Below, one piece after another: positions 52,543 to 62,513 of a stretch of 64,000 nt of DNA (position 1 is its first letter; every line of letters begins with the position of its first letter). Where the stretch lies: positions 6,200-70,199 of the forward strand of contig CAMBZN010000005.1 of the NCBI GenBank assembly GCA_945872565.1. The letters run 5' to 3'. The DNA comes from Chlamydia trachomatis (GTDB lineage Bacteria > Chlamydiota > Chlamydiia > Chlamydiales > 2-12-FULL-49-11). A program made the position numbers and the translations under genes. Under the pieces are notes generated by a model. The model made no database searches and had not been told where the DNA came from. It saw nothing but the letters and a program-made list of their open reading frames with translations.

Positions 52543-53437
52543 AAGCTCTATCCTAGTCTCTAAGGAAGAAGAGAAGGTTCGTTTAGATGTCTTACTCACA
52601 AGACGCCTTGAGGATGCATCGCGTAATTACATCCACTATTTATTTGAAGAAGGGATGATTTTAAAAAACAATCTACCTGTCAAAAAAAACTCCCTTTGCA
52701 AACAAGGGGATGAAATTGAAGTGATTTATAAGCGCCTCCCTGACGTAAAACTTTTACCAGAAGCAATTGCGCTGGATATCCTTTTTGAGGATGAAGAAAT
52801 CATTGCTGTGAATAAGCCGGCAGGCATGGTCACTCACCCGGCCCCTGGTAGTTACACAAATACCTTTGCTGGGGCTTTGCTCTATTATTTAAAAACACTC
52901 CCTGAAAGTGACGATCCCCTTCGACCTGGAATTGTTCATAGACTTGACAAAGACACCTCAGGAATTATCCTTGCAGCAAAGACTACCTCCGCCTTAAAAG
53001 CATTGCAGAAAATGTTTGCAACAAGGCAAGTCCAAAAGCAATACCTAGCCGTTTGTCATGGCTATCTTGAGCATTCCCACCTAAATTTTCCAATCGGTAG
53101 ACATCCGACAAAACGTAAACAAATGACAACTATTCCCTCTGGTAAAGAGGCATTAACAGAGTTTAGATTGATCGAAAAGCACAAAGGACTTTGTTTGATA
53201 GAGGCAAAACCATTTACAGGAAGAACCCATCAAATCCGAGTTCATGCAAAGCATCTTAAATGCCCTATTGTTGGGGATGAATTGTACGGTCCAAGTAAGC
53301 CTCTTTTTCAAAGGCATCTGCTACATGCAAATGCTATTTCATTTATTCATCCTTTCTCACAAAAGCCTATGAGCATTTTAGCCCCCCCACCAGTTGATTT
53401 TTTAAAGTTTTGGACCTTACATCAAGAAACACCCTAG
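52529..53437 (+). CDS. rluD: RluA-family 23S rRNA pseudouridine synthase (RluD-like)
   Basis: S4 domain RLDVLLTRRL. Catalytic HRLDKDTSGIILAAKT. GRTHQIRVH. Confidence 0.88.
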   Translation: MKKLKSSILVSKEEEKVRLDVLLTRRLEDASRNYIHYLFEEGMILKNNLPVKKNSLCKQGDEIEVIYKRLPDVKLLPEAIALDILFEDEEIIAVNKPAGMVTHPAPGSYTNTFAGALLYYLKTLPESDDPLRPGIVHRLDKDTSGIILAAKTTSALKALQKMFATRQVQKQYLAVCHGYLEHSHLNFPIGRHPTKRKQMTTIPSGKEALTEFRLIEKHKGLCLIEAKPFTGRTHQIRVHAKHLKCPIVGDELYGPSKPLFQRHLLHANAISFIHPFSQKPMSILAPPPVDFLKFWTLHQETP

Positions 53438-53506
53438 TCAAATGCTTAGTTTACAAAAAAGAACCGATTAGGTAAAATCTGCTTTGTGTTAACCAAGGAC
53501 CGAACA

Positions 53507-53785
53507 ATGAAAGAATTTGTAGCTTATATCGTAAAAAATCTCGTAGACAACCCTGATAAAGTAAGTATTAAGGAAATCGGAGGTACTCAGACACTAATTA
53601 TTGAACTTAGCGTAGAAAAAAGTGATATCGGAAAAATCATCGGAAAGCGCGGTAAGACCATTAATGCTATCCGCACTCTATTAATGTCAGTAGCTAGCCG
53701 TAATGGATTACGTGTAAACCTGGAAATTTTAGAAGAAAATACTGATGCAGAAGAAACATCGGCTGAAGCTGAAGCTAATAGTTAA
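53507..53785 (+). CDS. KH-domain RNA-binding protein (UPF0109/YlqC family)
   Basis: MKEFVAYIVKNLVDNPDKVSIKEIGG…DIGKIIGKRGKTINAIRTLL with the GxxG loop. An acidic C-terminal extension is unusual. ATG 53507 is preferred over GTG 53486. Confidence 0.8.
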   Translation: MKEFVAYIVKNLVDNPDKVSIKEIGGTQTLIIELSVEKSDIGKIIGKRGKTINAIRTLLMSVASRNGLRVNLEILEENTDAEETSAEAEANS

Positions 53786-53810
53786 TTAGACTAAGCTTCA
53801 CTACCTTTTA

Positions 53811-53845
53811 AAAAAACACTACAAATTTTGTAGTGTTTTTTTTAT
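53811..53845. terminator. bidirectional rho-independent terminator
   Basis: A-run, CACTACAA / TTGTAGTG stem, T8 run. Symmetric between the convergent stops at 53785 (+) and 53882 (-). Confidence 0.7.
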
Positions 53846-53847
53846 AT

Positions 53848-53871
53848 TAGACCTCTTTCGAAAGAGGTCTA
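53848..53871. repeat. perfect 24-nt palindrome TAGACCTCTTTCGAAAGAGGTCTA
   Basis: Self-complementary by hand check. Its half-site AAAGAGGTCTA recurs at 35200-35210 and 42722-42732, also at gene 3' ends. Confidence 0.6.
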
Positions 53872-53881
53872 TTATAGTCGA

Positions 53882-56422
53882 TTAAATATATGGGGCAATG
53901 TCTAGTTTACGGGATTTCAAGGATTTTAGGTCGACGGTCAATTCTGCAAAAGGATCTTTGGTACTACCGCTTATTCGAACCTGAACTCTGCTAGAGATTT
54001 TTATCATACCATCAGCAAAATCAGAAAACTCCCCATGCAACGCTAACTCTACATTCTGCGGGTATACTTTTGGTGATTGCACCAAATTCTTAATAAAACG
54101 ACCAGCTTTTACCGTCGATTCCCGATTTCCTTTTACAGAGCAGATCCAAATTTCATCTCTAAGCTTTGAGTTTGCCTCCTTAGCCCCGGAAAAAAGATCC
54201 TCGCTAGAATCTGTTGTTGAAATCATAAAAATAAACAGCAGCAGAGATGGGTTATCTATTGCATGTTCTTTGCATCGCTCTAACCATTTTTTCTGAATTT
54301 CCTGTTTCTTTTTATGAAAGGTTGCGTGGTTACAGGAAAAAAGTTTACATTGCCCAATTTGGGCATACTTGCCGATGATTTTTGTGTCTTGGAAAAATGA
54401 GAGCTCCTCAGCGCCCACTGCTTTTTTAAGCATCTCCTCTACCCTTTGCTCTTTTTTTGCATAGATATCATTGTACAAAGAGTATAGATCATGAGATTGT
54501 AGCAGCTTTTTTGCTGCCTGATTTGCAAAATCCAAAGAGTCTGAATCAAGGTCATCAAAATCCACAATCTCAACTTCCCTTCCCAGCATCAAAGATTTCA
54601 TTCTATTTAATAAACTTGCAACGATGTATACATCCACAGGTGTAACTTTTGTTAGCAGGTCAGTATCATCTAAAATGGCAAATAAAAAATGGTAGTAATC
54701 GAAAAATTCTTTTTCTTTGGAAACATAATAAATACTACCCTTTGCAATTGCCTCCTTTTTTGAAAGAAGTCGTTTCAAAAGACGAACATTACCTGGAGCT
54801 GTTAAATTAGCAGCAATCTCCTTTATTTGAGCCTCTACTTCGGTTTTACTATAGCCTCCAGAAGAATATCTATCATTGATAGCAATATTAATCCGTGCAA
54901 CTGTAGAGTTTGTGCTTTGAGCATCAGAGACTAATACTAAGGAAGGGAGATTTGTTTTAAAATCACTTTTGTGATGGTCTATGCAAGAAACAATATCCAT
55001 AAATGGGGGTTTATCCATTTCATCATTGTTAGAAAAATCTCTCATGCTAACTGTTGCAAGTGATGATCCCTTAATATCCATTGCATGGATGACCCCAAGT
55101 GGTGTCATTCCACTTTGATCTTGGTGGACAACTGTTAAATGGGCGTACCCTTCCATCTTCCTTGCGATGGTGTGATAATCATCCAAGTGGGAAACAATCA
55201 CAGGTTTTAGTTTTAATACTTTCCTTTTTACAGCGATTGCAACCTCTAAAGAATCTAGAAAGGTAAAATAATTAGAGAGTTCTTGGTGATATAGATGTAA
55301 ACTTCTTTCAATGTGTAGGTTGTTGTCTAAAGCATTAAGATCAGCACTTAATTTTTTCAAAGACTCTGTAGAATGTAAAAAGACGCTTATACTTTCAGCA
55401 AGACCATTTTTAAAGCCTAGCACCTCTATGATAAATTGATTAAGCTTCTCCCTGCAGCTGCTTTGATGCAACCCTTCATGGAAATAGTGGAGAAAACTTT
55501 TGTTCAAAATAGTGGAAACCTCTTGCTTAAGATCCCCTTTTTTCAATAAGAATTTTACAACAACCATGTACAAAGCCTGCTCAAAACTTCGAAGGGTCAA
55601 TTGAAAATTATTAATAATCATTCGAACTTCATCATAATCAACAGCTCTCCAATCAGCGATATACTCGCCGTTTTCATCAACTACAATCACAGAATTTTTG
55701 ACCCGATCATGATTTACCCCAATGGAAGATTCACCAAGTGTTTTCATGATAATGTTCTTTTGAGAAACTAAATCTAGTGAGGTCAAAGACAACTCTCTGG
55801 AGGTTTTTACAAGTGCATCAAAAACATCCCGTCCAAGTGGTTTATAAAATAAGTTTTCCACCTCAATACTTCCTGCAGGAGGTCCATTTGGCACCTGCCA
55901 ATGATGTAGCCCCTTGCCAACTTTTGCAGCAAATGCATCTAAAAAGCCATGAAAAGAGGCAATCACAGTATCTATATCAGGGGAAAAGTGCGCCACAGAA
56001 AAATGGGAGCCATTAAAGCTACCCCCCGTTCCTATGGGGAAAAAAGCCTGGTATTCCAATCGAGGAATAACCCTACCTACAATTTTGCCCCGTATAAGCA
56101 AATCTTCTTTAGGTTCTAATTTTGCATAATTGTCTAAAAATATTTCAAAACTTCCAAAGTGATAAGAAGGCAATAGAGTTTTACGAACCGCTCCGATAAA
56201 ATCGACAACTGCAGGAAGGATAAATGTTCCCTCTTTTTCACTTTTAATTGTTTCTAATAGTAAGTTGCCAACAAAACGATGTTGTTCAAAAGAGCCCTTA
56301 CTTTTTAATGATTTATCATTTAATGCAGTGTATACCGATTTTTTGAACAGACGCGGAGTAAATACCACATCCCCTAACCATGTTCCAGCAAAAGATATAT
56401 ACGAATTTTCACCCTTATTCAC
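53882..56422 (-). CDS. large DHH/DHHA2-family phosphoesterase-like protein with inserted CBS-like pair (family II pyrophosphatase-like layout)
   Basis: GTG start with AGGAG 6 nt upstream. Motif I/II HFSPDIDTVIASFHG (H..PD.D…S). Two CBS-like stretches (…NSVIVVDENGEYIADW…; …LTVVHQDQSGMTPLGVIHAMDI). CIDHHKSD (DHH). ILDDTDLL. DHHA2-like FQDTKIIGKYAQIGQCKLF. 846 aa. Confidence 0.5.
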   Translation of the reverse strand: MNKGENSYISFAGTWLGDVVFTPRLFKKSVYTALNDKSLKSKGSFEQHRFVGNLLLETIKSEKEGTFILPAVVDFIGAVRKTLLPSYHFGSFEIFLDNYAKLEPKEDLLIRGKIVGRVIPRLEYQAFFPIGTGGSFNGSHFSVAHFSPDIDTVIASFHGFLDAFAAKVGKGLHHWQVPNGPPAGSIEVENLFYKPLGRDVFDALVKTSRELSLTSLDLVSQKNIIMKTLGESSIGVNHDRVKNSVIVVDENGEYIADWRAVDYDEVRMIINNFQLTLRSFEQALYMVVVKFLLKKGDLKQEVSTILNKSFLHYFHEGLHQSSCREKLNQFIIEVLGFKNGLAESISVFLHSTESLKKLSADLNALDNNLHIERSLHLYHQELSNYFTFLDSLEVAIAVKRKVLKLKPVIVSHLDDYHTIARKMEGYAHLTVVHQDQSGMTPLGVIHAMDIKGSSLATVSMRDFSNNDEMDKPPFMDIVSCIDHHKSDFKTNLPSLVLVSDAQSTNSTVARINIAINDRYSSGGYSKTEVEAQIKEIAANLTAPGNVRLLKRLLSKKEAIAKGSIYYVSKEKEFFDYYHFLFAILDDTDLLTKVTPVDVYIVASLLNRMKSLMLGREVEIVDFDDLDSDSLDFANQAAKKLLQSHDLYSLYNDIYAKKEQRVEEMLKKAVGAEELSFFQDTKIIGKYAQIGQCKLFSCNHATFHKKKQEIQKKWLERCKEHAIDNPSLLLFIFMISTTDSSEDLFSGAKEANSKLRDEIWICSVKGNRESTVKAGRFIKNLVQSPKVYPQNVELALHGEFSDFADGMIKISSRVQVRISGSTKDPFAELTVDLKSLKSRKLDIAPYI

Positions 56423-56443
56423 AAGACACTCCTAACGTGGATT

Positions 56444-56516
56444 CGGACCGAGCAGGACTCGAACCTGCGACCACCCGCTTAGAAGGCGGGTGCTCTATCC
56501 ACTGAGCTATCGGTCC
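56444..56516 (-). tRNA. tRNA-Arg(TCT)
   Basis: The reverse complement reads GGACCGA-TA-GCTCAGTGGATAGAGC-A-CCCGC-CTTCTAA-GCGGG-TGGTC-GCAGG-TTCGAGT-CCTGC-TCGGTCC-G. No encoded CCA. Confidence 0.9.
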
Positions 56517-56622
56517 AATATATCCTTAGTTAAGGATACCCTGATTTTCTTATCAAATCAAGGATAATCTTATTCTTGCAACAAGTGTACCACAAATAGT
56601 GAATTAATGTATAGTGAGAGAT

Positions 56623-57261
56623 ATGGAAAATTTACTCACCGGCATTATTGGGGGGTCAGGAAGGCTCGGATCATTAGTTTCCACCCTTTGCAATTGTCAA
56701 AAAATAGACCTTAATTCCAGCTTAGACGTAATCGACATTTGCCTTGATGTTTCCAAAGCCGATGTGATCAAAGAATTTCTCCCCTTACTTTTACAGGCAA
56801 AAAAACCCTTGGTGATTGGATCAACAGGTCACAGTAAAGAGACACTTCATCTTCTTAGGCAAGCATCATCAATTATTCCAGTTCTTATTGCCCCTAATTT
56901 TTCAAAAGGGATCTATTTACTAAAAACTGCCCTTTTAGCAATGGGGATAACTCCAACATCCATTATTGAAACGCATCATGTGCATAAAAAGGACAAACCA
57001 AGCGGCACTGCCAAAATCATTCAAGATTTATACACAATTCCACCCCCGGTAGAGTCAATTCGCAAAGGGGAGGAATTTGGAACTCATACAGTGATTTTTA
57101 AACTCCCTTATGAAACTGTACAAATCACTCATCAGGCAGAATCGTTAGAGCTGTTTGCACGGGGGGCAAAAAAGGCTCTCTTCTTCCTTTCTAAAAAAGA
57201 AAAGGGGCTTTATACTATGGATGATGTTTACAATAAGGATAACTATGCCTGCAAAATTTGA
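56623..57261 (+). CDS. dapB: 4-hydroxy-tetrahydrodipicolinate reductase
   Basis: Rossmann start GIIGGSGRLGS. Signature ETHHVHKKDKPSGTA (E.HH..K.D.PSGTA). Short (212 aa) version. ATG 56623 is preferred over GTG 56614. Confidence 0.85.
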   Translation: MENLLTGIIGGSGRLGSLVSTLCNCQKIDLNSSLDVIDICLDVSKADVIKEFLPLLLQAKKPLVIGSTGHSKETLHLLRQASSIIPVLIAPNFSKGIYLLKTALLAMGITPTSIIETHHVHKKDKPSGTAKIIQDLYTIPPPVESIRKGEEFGTHTVIFKLPYETVQITHQAESLELFARGAKKALFFLSKKEKGLYTMDDVYNKDNYACKI

Positions 57262-58084
57262 CCCCATCTCCATTCAAGGAAAAACCTACGGCCCAGGCAA
57301 CCCACTTGGTCTTATTCTAGGACCGTGTGTGATTGAATCTTACGAGCAACTTAAGCAGGTCTGTGGTTTTTTAAAAGAGCATTTACCCTGCCCTTTTATT
57401 TTTAAGGCAAGCTTTGATAAAGCAAATCGATCTTCGGTTGATTCCTATCGGGGTGTAGGAATTGATAAAGGACTTACATTTCTATCTAAAATCAAACAAG
57501 AGTTTGATGTGCCCGTCACTACTGATATCCACCTTGCAACAGAGGCCTCTATTGTAGGACAAGTTTGTGATATGATTCAAATTCCAGCATTTTTAGCTCG
57601 TCAAACAGACCTTATCCTTGCTGCAGGAGCAACAAAAATTCCTGTTCATGTAAAAAAAGGGCAATTTATGGCTCCAAAGGACATGGAACATCTCTCTAAC
57701 AAAATCCTTTCTACTGGAAATAGGCAAATCCTCTTTACCGAACGGGGCAGTTGCTTTGGCTATAATAATCTAGTCAATGATTTTAGATCATTTTCCATTA
57801 TGAACCAATACTGCTCAGCAACTTGCTATGATGTAACTCACTCAGCACAACTTCCTGGTCAGGGAAAAGAATCAGGAGGTGAAAAAGCATTTATGGAGCC
57901 TTTATCCCTTGCAGCAGTTGCAGCAGGTTGTGATGTTATCTTTTTAGAAGCTCATCCAAATCCATCAGAGGCAAAATCTGATAGAAACACACAAATGGAG
58001 TTACACAAAGTGCCTGCCCTTGTGAACAAACTTCAAAATTTAAGACTTTTTCTACAACAAAAAGACCGTGTGTATGCTGGGTAA
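57245..58084 (+). CDS. kdsA: 3-deoxy-8-phosphooctulonate (KDO-8-P) synthase
   Basis: LILGPCVIES, FKASFDKANRSS, PAFLARQTDL and VTHS motifs. ATG 57245 (MPAKF…). The track ORF N-terminus (57155) overlaps dapB and is rejected. Confidence 0.92.
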   Translation: MPAKFDPISIQGKTYGPGNPLGLILGPCVIESYEQLKQVCGFLKEHLPCPFIFKASFDKANRSSVDSYRGVGIDKGLTFLSKIKQEFDVPVTTDIHLATEASIVGQVCDMIQIPAFLARQTDLILAAGATKIPVHVKKGQFMAPKDMEHLSNKILSTGNRQILFTERGSCFGYNNLVNDFRSFSIMNQYCSATCYDVTHSAQLPGQGKESGGEKAFMEPLSLAAVAAGCDVIFLEAHPNPSEAKSDRNTQMELHKVPALVNKLQNLRLFLQQKDRVYAG

Positions 58085-58361
58085 ATATACAACAAGCATC
58101 TGGAATGTACTTTGCATTGTTTTAATTGTTTTAGCCTTAAAACTCATTGTTCCTTGGATTCAAATGCAACAAGTGATTTCTGAAAAAACAGAAACGCCCT
58201 TACCATTGAAGCAAATCGGAACAAAACGAACTCTTTGGAAGCGCGGTCAAATGCCTTGCACTACAACTATTATCGAAAACAACTCTAATTTAATTTGGGT
58301 TGATGATTTCACTCATTCTACTGATGATTGGATGTCTATTACCTGGAGCAAATCAAAATGA
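58068..58361 (+). CDS. small single-pass membrane protein between kdsA and lptB
   Basis: 97-aa ORF with TM IWNVLCIVLIVLALKLIVPW. Overlaps the kdsA end (17 nt) and the lptB start (ATGA). Confidence 0.45.
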   Translation: MCMLGKYTTSIWNVLCIVLIVLALKLIVPWIQMQQVISEKTETPLPLKQIGTKRTLWKRGQMPCTTTIIENNSNLIWVDDFTHSTDDWMSITWSKSK

Positions 58362-59080
58362 CGCTGGAAGTAAGAAACCTAACCGTAAAAATTAAAAGGC
58401 AGATCATTTTGGACGACCTCTCTTTTAGCGTAGAAAAAGGGTCTATTACAGGACTGCTTGGGGCAAATGGCGCAGGAAAAACTACAACCTTTCATTGTTT
58501 GATTGGATTACTTCCTGTAAAAATTGGAAAAATTTTCCTGGAGGAAGAAAACATCACCTCCCTACCCATGTATCAAAGAGCTCGCAAAGGGATTGGCTAT
58601 CTAAGCCAAGAGTCCTCCATTTTTAGAGAGCTTACTGTAGAGGAAAATCTTTTGCTTTACCTTGAGATGAGGAACATCTCAAACAAAGAAAAGCGCGCAA
58701 TTGTTGAGGAGAGGTTAAACGAACTACATATTCTCCATCTAAAACATAAACGGGCAGATTGCCTTTCTGGTGGACAAAGAAGGCGGGTGGAAATTAGTCG
58801 GGCTTTGATCACTTGTCCAAAAATCCTCTTTTTAGATGAACCGTTTGCAAACCTTGACCCTAAAACAATTGAAGATGTAAAAGAATTAATATGTTATCTC
58901 AAAAATAAACAAATCACTGTTGTAATCACAGATCATAACGCAAGAGAGCTTTTATCTTTTATTGACAGGGGCCTTTTTCTACACGGCGGTCAATTACTTG
59001 CTGGTGGTACAAAATCAGAGCTACTTGCCCACCCAGCCCTTATCGAGCACTATCTTGGGGAAAATTTTAGCCAACTCTAA
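58358..59080 (+). CDS. lptB: LPS export ABC transporter ATP-binding protein
   Basis: [10 protein letters not shown]…[12 protein letters not shown] (Walker A), [15 protein letters not shown] (signature), ILFLDEPF (Walker B). ATG 58358. Confidence 0.88.
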   Translation: MTLEVRNLTVKIKRQIILDDLSFSVEKGSITGLLGANGAGKTTTFHCLIGLLPVKIGKIFLEEENITSLPMYQRARKGIGYLSQESSIFRELTVEENLLLYLEMRNISNKEKRAIVEERLNELHILHLKHKRADCLSGGQRRRVEISRALITCPKILFLDEPFANLDPKTIEDVKELICYLKNKQITVVITDHNARELLSFIDRGLFLHGGQLLAGGTKSELLAHPALIEHYLGENFSQL

Positions 59081-59147
59081 TATCTCTTTAAAAAATAAAG
59101 CACTCTATGGTATTGTACTTCGGAACAGGAAAAAAACGGAGTTAACT

Positions 59148-59582
59148 ATGACAATTCAGCAGACACTATCTATTATCAAACCAGACGGAGTGAAAAAAAA
59201 TCTAATTGGAGAAATCCTTTCTCGCTTCGAGAAAAAAGGTTTATCTATTATTGCTATGAAGCAACTTTTTCTTACAAAAGAAGAGGCAGAAGAATTTTAC
59301 GAAATTCACAGAAAAAGACCCTTTTTCAACGATTTAGTCACCTTTATGTCCTCAGGACCAGTTGTTGTGTCTGTCCTTGAAGGAGAGGATGCTGTTGCTA
59401 AAAATAGATCTATTATGGGAGCTACCAATCCAGCAGAAGCTGCTGAAGGGACCATCCGAAGAGATTTTGCAAGTTCCATAGACGAAAATATCGTTCATGG
59501 CTCCGATAGTCACGAAAATGCTATCGAAGAGGTCCTATTCTTTTTTGATGAAGATGAAATCTTCTCAAAATTAGACATTTAA
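59148..59582 (+). CDS. ndk: nucleoside diphosphate kinase
   Basis: [15 protein letters not shown]…, [17 protein letters not shown] and the NIVHGSDS active-site His. ATG 59148; the track ORF N-terminus is rejected. Confidence 0.93.
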   Translation: MTIQQTLSIIKPDGVKKNLIGEILSRFEKKGLSIIAMKQLFLTKEEAEEFYEIHRKRPFFNDLVTFMSSGPVVVSVLEGEDAVAKNRSIMGATNPAEAAEGTIRRDFASSIDENIVHGSDSHENAIEEVLFFFDEDEIFSKLDI

Positions 59583-61262
59583 TTGATGTAAATAAGATTC
59601 GATCCTATTAATTTCCTCCGGGTACTTGATAGGATCAATTCGAAGAATTTTTTGTAATTCACCCGGCTCTATGTTTAACCCTTCTACGTTTAATGAGGCG
59701 GGTAAAAATCCGTAAGGAGTTTCTAACTTTTCGCTCTTTCCATCGATAGAATCAAACATCCAGGCAATCACTCTCATGTTTTCACTATACCCTGGCCAAA
59801 TATATTTACCCCGCTCATCTTTGCGAAACCAGTTCACAGCAAAAATCTTTGGAAGCTTTCTTCCACTTTTTTCCATAGAAAGCCAGTGGGTAAAATAATC
59901 AGAGATATTGTATCCACAAAATGGGAGCATTGCAAAGGGATCATGCCTCATCGTTCCTCTCTTCCCTTCAGCTGCTGCAGTCATTTCTGAGCAAAGGCTT
60001 GCTCCATAAAAAACCCCCATTGTCCAATCTTTTGCCTCCATAATAAGCGGAGCAATTGTTGAACGGCGCCCTCCAAAAATAATACCGTCAATAGGAACAG
60101 CCCTCCCCTCCATTGCAGCCTTATCAAGGGATGGACATCTTCTCATGGGAGATGTAAACCTAGAATTTGGATGAGCCGCAGGATGATCCCCTTTTGGATC
60201 GTGTTTTTGCCCCATCCAATTGATCAACCCCTCCGGCACATCACTTGTTAACCCTTCCCACCAAACATCATTGCCATTTAAAGCAACGTTTGTAAAAAGG
60301 GTATCTTCTTCTATAGTTTCTACTGCATTTGGGTTAGTTTCAGACGATGTCCCTGGAGCTACACCGAAAAATCCATTTTCTGGATTGATTGCATACAGCC
60401 TTCCATCATCGCCAAATTTCATCCAAGCGATATCATCCCCCACACATTCTATCTTCCATCCTGGTAAGGTTGATTTCATCATGGCAAGGTTGGTTTTCCC
60501 ACATGCGGAGGGAAACGCTGCCGTAAAATACTTCTTTTGCCCCAGAGGATTGGTAACACCAATAATGAGCATGTGCTCAGCAAGCCACCCCTCTTGTTTT
60601 GCTATAGTAGATGCAATTCTTAACGCATGACATTTTTTTGCAAGTAATGCGTTTCCCCCATAACCGCTTCCAAAGGAAAAGATCTCTTTTGTTTGAGGAA
60701 AATGGGCAATAACCTTTTCTTTATTGCAAGGCCAAAAGGAGTCTTTAACTCCCTCCTTTAAAGGCTTTCCTACACTATGTAATCCCATAACTACATCTGA
60801 CTGATCATTAAAAGACCCCATCCTTGTCATTATATACATGTTGATGCATACATAAAGGGAATCTGTAACTTCAATTCCCACCTTTGACATACTGCTATTT
60901 TCAGGCCCCATTCGATAGGGGATCACATACATTGTTCTCCCCTCCATGCAACCAGAAAAAAGCCCCATCAACCGCTTGTTCATAACAGCCGGGTCCTGCC
61001 ATTGATTGGTAGGTCCTGCATCCTCTTGCTTTTCACTGCAAATAAACGTGCAATGCTCTACCCTTGCGACGTCCTCTGGGTCAGATCTAAAATAAAGACA
61101 CCCTTTTCTCTTAAGAGAGATTGCCATCTTTTTTTTAAGCAATTCTTGGACGAACAAGCGATACTCGCTTCCGGATCCATCACAAACATGAACGGCAGAA
61201 GGTTTACAAAGATCGATAAAATGAGAAATTTTCAGCTGAATTTGCCTTGAAAATTGATCCAT
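59571..61262 (-). CDS. pckG: phosphoenolpyruvate carboxykinase (GTP)
   Basis: …[15 protein letters not shown]…, kinase-1a [18 protein letters not shown] and [16 protein letters not shown] are GTP-PEPCK motifs. The ATG overlaps the mreB stop (TAATG). Confidence 0.92.
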   Translation of the reverse strand: MDQFSRQIQLKISHFIDLCKPSAVHVCDGSGSEYRLFVQELLKKKMAISLKRKGCLYFRSDPEDVARVEHCTFICSEKQEDAGPTNQWQDPAVMNKRLMGLFSGCMEGRTMYVIPYRMGPENSSMSKVGIEVTDSLYVCINMYIMTRMGSFNDQSDVVMGLHSVGKPLKEGVKDSFWPCNKEKVIAHFPQTKEIFSFGSGYGGNALLAKKCHALRIASTIAKQEGWLAEHMLIIGVTNPLGQKKYFTAAFPSACGKTNLAMMKSTLPGWKIECVGDDIAWMKFGDDGRLYAINPENGFFGVAPGTSSETNPNAVETIEEDTLFTNVALNGNDVWWEGLTSDVPEGLINWMGQKHDPKGDHPAAHPNSRFTSPMRRCPSLDKAAMEGRAVPIDGIIFGGRRSTIAPLIMEAKDWTMGVFYGASLCSEMTAAAEGKRGTMRHDPFAMLPFCGYNISDYFTHWLSMEKSGRKLPKIFAVNWFRKDERGKYIWPGYSENMRVIAWMFDSIDGKSEKLETPYGFLPASLNVEGLNIEPGELQKILRIDPIKYPEEINRIESYLHQLNV

Positions 61263-62356
61263 TATACTCTTGAGGTTTTTTTACTTTTTTTAAATTGCTC
61301 AAGATACTCTAAAGCTTTGCCGGTGCCTAGACATACCGCAAGGAGCGGGTTGGGAGCTATGATCACAGAAAGTCCACATTCTTTGATTAGAAATTTATCT
61401 AATCCCTTGATTAATGCGCCACCGCCAGCTAAAACCATACCCCTGTCCACAAGGTCTGCCGCAAGCTCTGGTGGGCATTTTTCAAGTGTTGATTTTACAC
61501 TTGCCACAATTTGTAAAAATGGTTCGGCAAGACATTCTCTGATTTCTACAGAATTAATTCTTTTAGTAACTGGAAGACCTGCCACTTGATCACGTCCGCG
61601 CACTTCCATCTCTAGCTCATGATCTCCTAAGGAATAGGCCGACCCGATAGTGATCTTAATTTCTTCTGCTGTTCTTGGTCCAATCATCAAGTTATAAGTA
61701 CGTCTCATATAGTTAATGATGCACTCATCAAACTCATCTCCACCAATTCTTAAAGAGCGGCTTTCGACAATCCCCCCTAAGGAAATGATAGCAATTTCAG
61801 TAGTACCGCCACCAATATCAATAATCATACTAGCTGCAGGTTCATGTACAGGCAGATCCACTCCAATTGCTGCAGCCATTGGCTCTTCTATTAAAAAGAC
61901 CTCTTGAGCACCAGCTTTTAGGGCCGAATCCTCTACAGCTCTTTTTTCTACCCCTGTAATTCCTGAAGGTACGGCTATTAAAATTTTTGGTCGGAAAATA
62001 CTTCTTGTGGGGGTAACACGTTTTAAAATAACAGCAAGCATATCGCCAACAATTTCAAAATCAGCAATCACTCCATCTTTCATTGGGCGTACGGCGTGAA
62101 TTTTTCTTGGTGTTTTTCCAAGCATGGCTTTGGCTTTATGACCAACTGCAAGCACTTCATTAGTATAGGAATCAATTGCCACAACCGATGGTTCGGCAAG
62201 AACAATCCCTTTGCCCTTTACATAAACAAGGGTGTTAGCAGTACCCAAATCGATCCCTATATCGCTTGCAAAAAGGCTTGATACTTTGTTCCATTTTCCT
62301 GACGCTAGTTGCTTTATTTTTAGCGCATTTTTTTTAATAAACTGGAGTTCTTTCAT
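61262..62356 (-). CDS. mreB: rod shape-determining actin homologue MreB
   Basis: DIGIDLGTANTLVYVKGKGIVLAEPSVVA, IIDIGGGTTEIAIISLGG and VLAGGGALIKGLD. Confidence 0.95.
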   Translation of the reverse strand: MKELQFIKKNALKIKQLASGKWNKVSSLFASDIGIDLGTANTLVYVKGKGIVLAEPSVVAIDSYTNEVLAVGHKAKAMLGKTPRKIHAVRPMKDGVIADFEIVGDMLAVILKRVTPTRSIFRPKILIAVPSGITGVEKRAVEDSALKAGAQEVFLIEEPMAAAIGVDLPVHEPAASMIIDIGGGTTEIAIISLGGIVESRSLRIGGDEFDECIINYMRRTYNLMIGPRTAEEIKITIGSAYSLGDHELEMEVRGRDQVAGLPVTKRINSVEIRECLAEPFLQIVASVKSTLEKCPPELAADLVDRGMVLAGGGALIKGLDKFLIKECGLSVIIAPNPLLAVCLGTGKALEYLEQFKKSKKTSRV

Positions 62357-62513
62357 AGGTGGAGTTGCTCTTAAAGTATTACTGTGTTTTTAGATGTTAA
62401 CAGAGATTTTATTTGCATGCAACCGTTACCTTCTAAGTAATTTTTTACTTGCTGTATGATGCAAAATAAGGTAAAAAGGTGTTTTTTAAACTTATGTTGG
62501 TTTTTGGAGTTTT

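Noticed and set aside
57155-57244. N-terminal extensions of kdsA (57155). Similarly lptB (58328-58357), ndk (58962-59147), the sigma-54 activator (36031-36069) and L36 (14015-14083).
   Set aside because: The extensions overlap upstream genes or intergenic promoters and add non-homologous residues. Family-typical N-termini begin at the internal ATGs.
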